A stretch of 8,946 bases of DNA from PVC group bacterium (GTDB lineage: Bacteria; GCA-001730085; JADFSZ01): assembly GCA_022560555.1 (NCBI GenBank), contig JADFSZ010000062.1, positions 1 through 8,946 on the forward strand, written 5' to 3'. Below the pieces are notes generated by a model. That model saw only the letters and a program-made list of their open reading frames with translations. It had not been told where the DNA came from and made no database searches. The translations under genes were made by a program, and so were the position numbers. Shown here piece after piece: positions 1 through 7,191 of the stretch (the stretch's first letter is position 1; each line of letters starts with the position of its first letter).

Positions 1-1082
1 GTAACCTTGACAGATCCTGATTGACACACACGTCCTAAATCATTGCGACCTAAATCAACAAGCATAATGTGTTCCGCCCGCTCTTTTTCATCGGCCAAAA
101 GTTCCTTAACAAGCTTTTGGTCATCTTTATCCGTTTTACCCCGGCCCCGCGTGCCGGCAATAGGACGAACCTGAGCAACATCTCCGTTTAATGTCACCAT
201 AATTTCCGGAGAGGATCCAATCAAAGTCAAACCGGGGTAATCCAAATAAAACATATAGGGGGAAGGATTGATTGTTCGAAGCGTTCGATAAATGTCAAAT
301 GGATGACATGTGATTTTTTTGGAAAGCACCTGCGAAAGAACTACCTGAAGGATATCCCCGTTTTTAATATATTTTTTGCACTTGAGAACCGCCTTTTCAT
401 ATGCTTTTTTTGAAAAGTTTGATTTTAGTTTCCCGGTAGACTTTGAACTTTTAATTTCCGAAAGAGCGTTAGGGGACATACGGATACGGCGCATCACTTG
501 ATGAATCCTTTTCACCGCTTGGTCATAGGCTTTTCGGGGGCGTGACGATTCCAGCTCAGCGTGGGATACAACCTGCATTTTTCTTTTAGCATGATCAAAA
601 ACAATAACCACATCGTATAGAACAAAATACAAGTCAAAGACGTCTATCAAATCTTTGTTTTGGTCCGGTATATCTTCTAAAAAGCGTATATAATCGTAAG
701 CGACATATCCAACGGCTCCGCCGCAAAAAGACGGAAGATGCGGATCGGGAACATATTGGAAGGTACGAAACACATCTTTCATGATCTTCAAAGGACGTGT
801 ATTCACGACGATTTTTTCTTTCTTCTTTTTGGTCAATATCTCGGCATCACGCCCCTTACTCCGGAATACCATTTTGGAATCGCATCCAATAAAGGAGAAA
901 CGCCCCACATGCGCTCCGCCTTCGACGCTCTCCAGCAAAAAAGAGTAGGGATTTTCTTTGGAAATTTTCTTATACACAGATACGGGTGTCTCCATATCCG
1001 CCAGCATTTCAATATACACGGGTATCGTCTTGCCCTTTCGTGCTTTTTTAAGAAAATCAGAATATCCGGGATATATATTCAT
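1..1082 (-). CDS. trpE: Anthranilate synthase component I (TrpE), about the first 360 aa; the 3' end runs off the left edge of the window
   Basis: Hand translation of the minus strand from the ATG at 1082-1080 gives MNIYPGYSDFLKKARKGKTIPVYIEMLADMETPVSVYKKISKENPYSFLLESVEGGAHVGRFSFIGCDS...TINPSPYMFYLDYPGLTLIGSSPEIMV...VRPIAGTRGRGKT...ERAEHIMLVDLGRNDLGRV, open to position 1. LLESVEGG and NPSPYMF are the classical TrpE tryptophan-feedback motifs. PIAGT (Ala, not Lys) favours TrpE over PabB. It is missing from the ORF track only because there is no stop in the window. A weak SD-like AAGAG lies 4 nt upstream of the ATG. Confidence 0.9.
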   Translation of the reverse strand, partial: MNIYPGYSDFLKKARKGKTIPVYIEMLADMETPVSVYKKISKENPYSFLLESVEGGAHVGRFSFIGCDSKMVFRSKGRDAEILTKKKKEKIVVNTRPLKIMKDVFRTFQYVPDPHLPSFCGGAVGYVAYDYIRFLEDIPDQNKDLIDVFDLYFVLYDVVIVFDHAKRKMQVVSHAELESSRPRKAYDQAVKRIHQVMRRIRMSPNALSEIKSSKSTGKLKSNFSKKAYEKAVLKCKKYIKNGDILQVVLSQVLSKKITCHPFDIYRTLRTINPSPYMFYLDYPGLTLIGSSPEIMVTLNGDVAQVRPIAGTRGRGKTDKDDQKLVKELLADEKERAEHIMLVDLGRNDLGRVCQSGSVKV

Positions 1083-1096
1083 ATTGCTCTTACGAT

Positions 1097-1396
1097 TTAT
1101 GAAACGATTTTAAAAATAAAGTAAATGCATGCAATGATTAAAAGCGTGAAAATGATGTAAATATCGCTGTACTTCCAAAAATCGCTCAATCGGTTAATCA
1201 TTCCTCCATACCGGAATTTATATAATGCTCCTTCGCGATTTTTAAAGCGTTCGATTTCTTCGCGGTCAAACCGGAGGATCTTCCCCGCAACTTTATAGGC
1301 CTTGATCTTTTTTTGGCGAACCATTTTTTTAAAATTTCGATGACTCAAGTTCAAATATTCTGCCGCTTCATCCAAACTGATATATTTTTTGCGCAT
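1097..1396 (-). CDS. Small excisionase/MerR-superfamily (HTH_17-like) DNA-binding protein with a single C-terminal transmembrane helix
   Basis: 99-aa ORF. Residues about 5-52 (ISLDEAAEYLNLSHRNFKKMVRQKKIKAYKVAGKILRFDREEIERF) fit the short excisionase-type HTH pattern. Residues about 79-95 (IYIIFTLLIIACIYFIF) form an uninterrupted hydrophobic stretch of transmembrane length, 4 aa from the C-terminus. SD-like AAGAGG lies 9 nt upstream of the ATG. The stop is 14 nt upstream of the trpE ATG. Confidence 0.7.
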   Translation of the reverse strand: MRKKYISLDEAAEYLNLSHRNFKKMVRQKKIKAYKVAGKILRFDREEIERFKNREGALYKFRYGGMINRLSDFWKYSDIYIIFTLLIIACIYFIFKIVS

Positions 1397-1430
1397 AACA
1401 CCAAACCTCTTAGTCGCATTCTTATTGAGG

Positions 1431-1457
1431 GATGGGGATGATTATCAATCCACCATC
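1431..1457. promoter_or_regulatory. Imperfect 27-bp inverted repeat, a possible operator or RNA hairpin, in the 126-bp spacer upstream of the HTH-TM/trpE unit
   Basis: The minus strand reads GATGGTGGATTGATAATCATCCCCATC. It has outer arms GATGG/CCATC, inner GGAT/ATCC, and a core palindrome TGATAATCA. It overlaps a -35-like TTGATA followed 18 nt later by TAAGAA. No U-tract follows on either strand, so it is not an intrinsic terminator. Confidence 0.35.
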
Positions 1458-1522
1458 ACATAAATAGCTTACCGGTCATCCATGGATAGGACAGGTCGTG
1501 GCCCCTTAAAGAACCCTTCACC

Positions 1523-2056
1523 TTATTTACGTAGTTCCGATTCAGTGACCCACGCATCAATACGAGAACGATTAAATTCCCAATGATCCTCTCTCTGAAC
1601 AGCAGGGATTTTTCCTTTTTGCGCCCATTGGTTGAGTGTTTTGGGATCAATTTCCAGATACGTACACACTTCGGCTTCGGACATCAAACTATGTCCTTTC
1701 GTCCCGCCTTCTTTCGACATCATGTCGCACCGGCCGTGGAAATAAGCGCCGTCTTCAATACTGATTTTCGGAGTATGGATATCCCCTTCGACACGCGCGG
1801 TGGATGTCAACCGTACACGAATAGACGCCGTGATCGTTCCTTTCACGCGGCCTCCGATTTCCACTTCATCCCCGTCAATCGTTGCTGTCACAACGGATTT
1901 AGGACCGACAATCAACAGACCTTTTGTGATCAATTCTCCGTCAAAACTCCCGTTGATCTTAAGATTAACGGAATCCTTAAATGTCAATTTCCCCTGCATA
2001 TCCGCATTGATATCCAAAAACTTTTCCTCTTGTACCGGCTCATGTCTTCTTGCCAT
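1523..2056 (-). CDS. Bactofilin-domain (polymer-forming cytoskeletal) protein fused to a C-terminal excisionase-type HTH DNA-binding domain
   Basis: 177-aa ORF. Residues about 14-112 show the repetitive beta-helix pattern of bactofilins (DUF583/CcmA): GKLTFKDSVNLKINGSFDGELITKGLLIVGPKSVVTATIDGDEVEIGGRVKGTITASIRVRLTSTARVEGDIHTPKISIEDGAYFHGRCDM. Residues about 124-172 (LMSEAEVCTYLEIDPKTLNQWAQKGKIPAVQREDHWEFNRSRIDAWV) fit the HTH_17 pattern. A good SD (AAAGGGGA) lies 5 nt upstream of the ATG. The start is only 17 nt downstream of the kinase stop. Confidence 0.8.
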   Translation of the reverse strand: MARRHEPVQEEKFLDINADMQGKLTFKDSVNLKINGSFDGELITKGLLIVGPKSVVTATIDGDEVEIGGRVKGTITASIRVRLTSTARVEGDIHTPKISIEDGAYFHGRCDMMSKEGGTKGHSLMSEAEVCTYLEIDPKTLNQWAQKGKIPAVQREDHWEFNRSRIDAWVTESELRK

Positions 2057-2073
2057 ACGAGTCCCCTTTCTCT

Positions 2074-3543
2074 TTATGGGTTGATAACAGATGTTTCTTC
2101 TTTGTCCGAAAATACCGGAAGTTCAATGGTAACACAGGTCCCTTTATTCACCTCACTTTCAAGCTTAACAGTTCCACCGTGTTCCTGAACAACACGCGCC
2201 ACGGTCGTGAGGCCAAGTCCGATATTGGCTTCCTTCTTCGAATAAAATAGATCAAACACATAAGCGCGTTCGTTTTCGGGTATACCGCATCCCGTATCGC
2301 AAAATTTGAGAAGAAATTTCTCTTCATCCAATTTCTTTGTCTCGATCTTAAAAACACCCCCTTGAGACATAGCCTCTTTCGCGTTCATGATAATATTAAT
2401 AAGAGCTTGTTCGACTGAATTCTCATCCAGCAAGATTTGAGGAATGGATTGGTCAAATTCAGTCTGTATTTCGATCCCATGACACGCTAGCTCATGATCC
2501 GTAAGAGCCAAGGCTTTATTGATCACATCGTGAATATTACACCGCCGTGAAACATACTCTTTTCCTCCTGCAAACATGGACACATCACGGATAATCTCAA
2601 GAACCTTGTTTAGATATTCTTGGACAATGCGCAGATTTTTAACAACATACTCCGGAACCTTCTCAGGCTCAATTTTTGACAATAGATATTCGACCCTGCC
2701 ATAAACGGATGTGAGCGGATTATTGAGATTGTGCGCCAGCGTCATGGTGATATCTCCCAACAAGGTGTTTTTCGAAGACGACAGCAATCGATTTTGCAAC
2801 CTCACCCTCTTGGTTACTTCATCAAACAGCAAAACTACGGAATCGCTTCCTTCCGTCGCGACAAGAGGGAAACAACGGACATTAAAAAACCGTCTTTGGG
2901 CTTGAGGCGCAGAGGTTTTATAGGAAACATTGTTCAGAGTATATACAATGTTTTTCTCGCAAACATAATCAACGATTTCATTGACAAAATTCGAACGAAA
3001 ACCGCTCATAAATTCCGATACAGAATCCCCGATATCTTTCGAGGTAACTGAAAAGAAATCCCGTGCTTTTTTATTGAGTGACAAAATCCGGCAATCACGA
3101 TTCAGGCAAAAAAGAGCACTGTCAATACTATCCAGAACCCGGATTTGAAAATCCATTAATTCTTTGATTCGCAAAAGCGCCTGAATTTTAGCAATCAACA
3201 CATCATTTATAAAGGGCTTGGTAACGTAATCATCAGCCCCGACATCCAAGCCGGTGATTTGATCGGCTGTTTCCGATTTGGCCGTTAACATCAAGACGGG
3301 AACGAATCGATTCCCTTCCATCGTTTTCATCTTTTTACATACCTCTGTCCCGGGAATATCAGGAAGCATCAAATCTAAAATCACAAGATGAATATGATCA
3401 TGCGTACGAACCATATCCACGGCTTCTTCTCCTGTTTGGGCCTGCAAAATACAATATCCTTCCCCCTCAAGCAGCATTTTTAAAAGTTCCTGGGAGTCCG
3501 GATCGTCTTCAACGACCAAGAGGGTTGGAGGGATGATATTCAT
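2074..3543 (-). CDS. Hybrid sensor histidine kinase: N-terminal receiver (REC), PAS-like domain, DHp/HisKA and HATPase_c; no transmembrane segment
   Basis: REC: LLVVEDDPD...HLVILDLMLPD...LMLTAK...YVTKPF (acidic pocket, phospho-acceptor Asp, Thr, Lys). PAS-like: SIDSALFCLNRDCRILSLNKKARDFF...VVLLFDEVTKR. H-box: LAHNLNNPLTSV. N-box: LINIIMNAKEAM. G1: DTGCGIPE. F: FDLFYSKK. G2: GLGLTTV. I prefer the ATG at 3543 (MNIIPPTLLVVEDD), which puts the acceptor Asp at residue 57 as in CheY. Alternative starts are the GTG at 3567 (AGGA 6 nt upstream) and the GTG at 3585 (the ORF-track start). Confidence 0.85.
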   Translation of the reverse strand: MNIIPPTLLVVEDDPDSQELLKMLLEGEGYCILQAQTGEEAVDMVRTHDHIHLVILDLMLPDIPGTEVCKKMKTMEGNRFVPVLMLTAKSETADQITGLDVGADDYVTKPFINDVLIAKIQALLRIKELMDFQIRVLDSIDSALFCLNRDCRILSLNKKARDFFSVTSKDIGDSVSEFMSGFRSNFVNEIVDYVCEKNIVYTLNNVSYKTSAPQAQRRFFNVRCFPLVATEGSDSVVLLFDEVTKRVRLQNRLLSSSKNTLLGDITMTLAHNLNNPLTSVYGRVEYLLSKIEPEKVPEYVVKNLRIVQEYLNKVLEIIRDVSMFAGGKEYVSRRCNIHDVINKALALTDHELACHGIEIQTEFDQSIPQILLDENSVEQALINIIMNAKEAMSQGGVFKIETKKLDEEKFLLKFCDTGCGIPENERAYVFDLFYSKKEANIGLGLTTVARVVQEHGGTVKLESEVNKGTCVTIELPVFSDKEETSVINP

Positions 3544-3603
3544 TTGCTTTGGATATTTGACGGACACAAAAAATCCTATCGGCACGAATTTATCAACTAC
3601 TTT

Positions 3604-3632
3604 AGTATATATTTAAACTATGCGAAAGACAA
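3604..3632 (-). promoter_or_regulatory. Candidate sigma-70-type promoter for the kinase/bactofilin transcription unit
   Basis: The minus strand reads TTGTCT (3632-3627), 17 nt, then TATACT (3609-3604), about 60 nt upstream of the ATG at 3543. This is a sequence match only (4/6 and 5/6 to consensus) in an AT-rich spacer, where such matches arise easily. Confidence 0.3.
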
Positions 3633-3705
3633 TGCTTTTTTAATATATTGATAAATCAGAACTTAGGATCTAAATAAGCCGATGGGGCCTTTGGCCGGAT
3701 GTCTC

Positions 3706-6700
3706 TCAGGCCCGGCTTGAGCTCGGGAGCACTTGGGGGGCATTTCGCTCGGGGACGTATACAATACTGTCCGCGCCTAAAACTTCATGGATTTCTTCCA
3801 TAAACTTTTCGCTCGGAATGATGGAATAGTTTTGAGACGTCTTCAGGCGAATCTTCTCGTCTCCGTGCCTTACATTAATCAAAACGGGACACGCACCGCG
3901 ATGAACCTCCAACAAGTTCTTAACATAATCCAATCGATCCTGCTCGATATCCTTTGAAATATTCAGAACGACTTCTTTTGTGAATTTGGCGCAGATTTCA
4001 CCAAGAACAAAGACGTCTGTTACAATCAACTGAGCTTCATCATTCCTAATATCCACACGGCCGACTAAGCATAATGGTAAATCTTCTTTAAGTATATTTT
4101 TCACACGCTCAAAAACACTGGGGAACACAACAGCCGGATAAGAGCCCCCAAGGTCCTCGAGAGTCAAAAAAGCCATCCGATCGTTTCTCTTTGTTGTCAC
4201 AATTCGCGTGCTCGTAATCAACCCGCATGTGGTCACTTCGGCGCTGGCGTTTTGATACGCCCTCAGTTTGTCTGATGATAGGAACCCGTACATCCTCATG
4301 ATTTTAGAAAACCGCATGAGAGGGTGCCCCGTGACGTAAAAACCAAGGACCTCCTTTTCACAGGCCAACTTTTCCGCGTCGGCCCACTCGGGGACCTTCG
4401 GCATTTGATAGAGTTCCTGCTCAAAAATCTGTTCTTCATCATCTTTGCCGAACAGTGTCATCTGTCCATGTTTTTTTTCCGATTGAATTTTCTGCGCAAC
4501 TTCCATGGCATGATCCACAGCCGCGTACAAACTCGCGCGCTGAGGGTTCAACGAATCGAACGAGCCGCATTTGATCAAACTTTCAATCACTCGTTTATTA
4601 ACAAGACGCAATTGATTGCGCTCACAAAAATCATACAAAGAACGAAACTTTTCATGCGTTTTTCGAGCCTGAATGATGGAATCCACCGCAGTTTCTCCCA
4701 CATTTTTAACGGCAGCCAAGCCAAAACGGATTCCTTCCTTCACAACGGTAAATTTTGCGTAACTTTCGTTAATACACGGCGGTAAAACTTCAATTCCGTT
4801 TTCACGGCATTCATCAATATATTCAACAATTTTATCCGTGTTCCCCAATTCGCTGTCAAGCAGCGCAGCCATAAACTCTACCGGATAATTGGCTTTGAGA
4901 TACGCGGTTTGATAGGAGATCAACGCGTAAGCCGCACTATGGGATTTATTAAATCCATAGCCTGCGAATTGAAGAATGTCATCAAAGATTTTTTCAGCCG
5001 TTTCTTTTTTGACACCATTCTCGACGGCACCGTCAATAAATTTCATCCGGCTTTGGTCCATCACTTCCGGAATCTTTTTACTGATAGCCCGGCGAAAAAT
5101 ATCAGCTTCCGCGAGACTGAAGTTTCCGATATGGTTGACAATCTGCATCACCTGTTCCTGATAAAGCATAATCCCGTAAGTATTTTTAAGGATAGGCTCT
5201 TCTAAAGGCGTTTTATATTTGATGGGGATTTTCTTATGTTTTCTATTAATAAAATCTGAAAGCATATTCATCGGCCCCGGTCGATAAAGAGCAATGAGGG
5301 CGATGATTTCCTCAAAGCCCTCAATTCCCATTCTTTTCATAAGAGAACGCATCCCTGAGCTTTCAAGCTGAAACACCCCAAGAGTTTTCCCTTCGTTCAA
5401 GAGAGTAAAGGCCAAGGGGTCATCCAACGGAATCTTTCTGATATCGATATCAATGCCACGGGTTCTTTTGACAATAACAGTCGTATCCTCTATGACAGTT
5501 AGTGTTTTTAATCCAAGAAAATCCATTTTTAAAAGCCCGATTTTCTCAACGGAACTCATGTCATATTGCGTGGTCACCACATTATCTTTTCCGCGAAATA
5601 ACGGCGTGTTTTCTGTCAGGGGCGTTTCACTGATAACAATACCGGCCGCATGCGTAGACGCGTGCCGGGTGAGCCCTTCAAGATTGATCGCGTAATCCAA
5701 ATGGTTCCTGTACGTTTCATTCGTGATATACAACTCTTTTAATTCAGGAACTTTTTCAATGGCTTCTTTAATTGTAATATTAAGTTCAGTCGGAATCATT
5801 TTGGCAATACGATCCACATCCGAAAGAGGAATCCCCAATACACGGCCTACATCACGCACAGACGCTTTCGCGGCCATGGTCCCAAACGTGATGATCTGTG
5901 CTACACGATCAGCCCCGTATTTTTCCGTAACATATTTAATAATCTCTCCCCTTCTCTCGTAACAAAAATCAATATCTATGTCCGGCATACTAATGCGATT
6001 GTCGTTGAGGAATCTCTCAAAGAGAAGATCATATTTCAGGGGATCAATATCCGTAATATCCAAAGTGTAGGCAACAATACTGCCTGCGGCCGACCCACGG
6101 CCCGGCCCGACCGGAACTCCTTGGCTTTTGGCATAATAAATCAAATCCCATGTGATAAGAAAATAATCAACAAAACCCATTTTTTTAATCACTTGAAACT
6201 CGCGCTCAAGCCTTTCTAAGATGGCGGGATTTTGCGTGTAATCAGATCCGTATTTTTTCTTTATGCCTTCTAGACATAATTCATAAAGAAACTCTTCAGG
6301 CTTTTGTTTTCCTTCCATCGGATATTTCGGCAAATGATACGTCTTCATATCCAACTCAAGATTACATCTTTCGGCAATTTTGATCGTGTTGGCCGTGGCT
6401 CCCTTAAAAGAAGAAAACATCGTCTTCATTTCGTCCGGGCTCTTAAAATAGAACTCCTGTGTTTGGAATTTCAACCTTTTTTCATCCGAAACCATACTGC
6501 CCGTTTGAATACACAAAAGAATATCATGCGCCATATGATCCTCACGATTCGTATAATGGACATCGTTCGAGGCCACCATCGGCAAACCCGTTTTTTTGGC
6601 AATCTCTCTCAATCCTTCGTTCACCTTTTTTTGAAGAGAAATGGAGTGATCATGAAGTTCCAGATAAAAATTCCCGTCTCCGTACAGCATAGCGAATTTT

Positions 6701-7191
6701 TTGGATAGTTCCTCCGCTTCACGCAGCTCGTCATTTATAACGAGTGACGGTACGTTTCCTCTCAAACATCCTGACAGAGCAATGAGCCCTTCATGATATT
6801 TTTCCAGAAGCTCCATATCGATCCGCGGACGATAATAATATCCTTCAAGATATCCATAGCTGGATAAACGCATGAGATTGCGGTACCCTTCCTCATTGCG
6901 GGCCAGCATCGTGAAATGGTAATAGGGTTTTTCGCCCAATTTGGATTTTTTTTCAAACCGGCTTCTGGGCGCCACATAAAATTCACATCCCACTATCGGT
7001 TTGATTCCGTGTTTGACAGCCGTTTGATAAAATTTCACGGCCCCGAACATACTCCCATGATCCGTGAGTGCCAAGGCCGGCATTTTGTATTCTTTGGCTT
7101 TCTTGACAAGGTCCTCAATGCGGGAAGCCCCATCTAAGAGGCTGTATTCACTATGGACATGCAGATGAACAAAATCAGAGTGGGTGTGCAT
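3706..7191 (-). CDS. dnaE: DNA polymerase III alpha subunit (DnaE), full length, 1161 aa
   Basis: N-terminal PHP domain motif FVHLHVHSEYSLLDGA, then ALTDHGSMFG. Polymerase core motifs include GPGRGSAAGS, PDIDIDF, GLLKMDFLGL, ALYRPGP and FNKSHSAAYA. There is a C-terminal OB-fold region. I chose the ATG at 7191 (MHTHSDFVHLHVH...). The ORF-track extension to 7290 begins at a TTG and merely translates through the repeat array. Confidence 0.95.
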   Translation of the reverse strand: MHTHSDFVHLHVHSEYSLLDGASRIEDLVKKAKEYKMPALALTDHGSMFGAVKFYQTAVKHGIKPIVGCEFYVAPRSRFEKKSKLGEKPYYHFTMLARNEEGYRNLMRLSSYGYLEGYYYRPRIDMELLEKYHEGLIALSGCLRGNVPSLVINDELREAEELSKKFAMLYGDGNFYLELHDHSISLQKKVNEGLREIAKKTGLPMVASNDVHYTNREDHMAHDILLCIQTGSMVSDEKRLKFQTQEFYFKSPDEMKTMFSSFKGATANTIKIAERCNLELDMKTYHLPKYPMEGKQKPEEFLYELCLEGIKKKYGSDYTQNPAILERLEREFQVIKKMGFVDYFLITWDLIYYAKSQGVPVGPGRGSAAGSIVAYTLDITDIDPLKYDLLFERFLNDNRISMPDIDIDFCYERRGEIIKYVTEKYGADRVAQIITFGTMAAKASVRDVGRVLGIPLSDVDRIAKMIPTELNITIKEAIEKVPELKELYITNETYRNHLDYAINLEGLTRHASTHAAGIVISETPLTENTPLFRGKDNVVTTQYDMSSVEKIGLLKMDFLGLKTLTVIEDTTVIVKRTRGIDIDIRKIPLDDPLAFTLLNEGKTLGVFQLESSGMRSLMKRMGIEGFEEIIALIALYRPGPMNMLSDFINRKHKKIPIKYKTPLEEPILKNTYGIMLYQEQVMQIVNHIGNFSLAEADIFRRAISKKIPEVMDQSRMKFIDGAVENGVKKETAEKIFDDILQFAGYGFNKSHSAAYALISYQTAYLKANYPVEFMAALLDSELGNTDKIVEYIDECRENGIEVLPPCINESYAKFTVVKEGIRFGLAAVKNVGETAVDSIIQARKTHEKFRSLYDFCERNQLRLVNKRVIESLIKCGSFDSLNPQRASLYAAVDHAMEVAQKIQSEKKHGQMTLFGKDDEEQIFEQELYQMPKVPEWADAEKLACEKEVLGFYVTGHPLMRFSKIMRMYGFLSSDKLRAYQNASAEVTTCGLITSTRIVTTKRNDRMAFLTLEDLGGSYPAVVFPSVFERVKNILKEDLPLCLVGRVDIRNDEAQLIVTDVFVLGEICAKFTKEVVLNISKDIEQDRLDYVKNLLEVHRGACPVLINVRHGDEKIRLKTSQNYSIIPSEKFMEEIHEVLGADSIVYVPERNAPQVLPSSSRA

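Noticed and set aside
738-1124. 128-aa plus-strand ORF
   Set aside because: It lies entirely antisense to the strongly supported trpE and HTH-TM coding sequence. It has low-complexity, unfamiliar composition with no recognisable motif. It is a shadow ORF.
1097-1396. The 99-aa ORF acting as a trp leader peptide or attenuator
   Set aside because: It has a single Trp codon and no tandem Trp codons. It has a clear folded HTH domain plus a TM helix. There is no terminator/antiterminator pair between it and trpE.
1436-1450. Fur-box-like sequence TGATAATCAT within the 1431-1457 palindrome
   Set aside because: Only the central 10 nt or so of the 19-bp Fur consensus match, and the flanks do not. No iron-related genes are nearby.
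1583-2188. 201-aa and 94-aa plus-strand ORFs (also 2050-2250), and minus-strand ORFs 1456-1650 and 2148-2357
   Set aside because: They are antisense to, or out of frame with, the bactofilin-HTH and kinase genes. The proteins are Ser/Pro/Phe/Arg-rich with no motifs. They bridge real gene boundaries and have no SD.
3680-3705. Possible intrinsic terminator after dnaE (GGCC-TTT-GGCC)
   Set aside because: The stem is only 4 bp with a 3-nt loop, and no U-tract follows on the minus strand. It is too weak to call. No convincing rho-independent terminator was found after any of the genes in the window.
2711-7137. Remaining plus-strand ORFs (2711-2905, 2731-3051, 4324-4785, 4909-5205, 4976-5161, 5453-5695, 5723-5962, 6304-6708, 6459-6692, 6916-7137) and minus-strand ORF 6762-6986
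   Set aside because: All sit inside the kinase or dnaE coding regions, on the opposite strand or in another frame. None shows a recognisable domain. This is typical of long-gene shadow ORFs.
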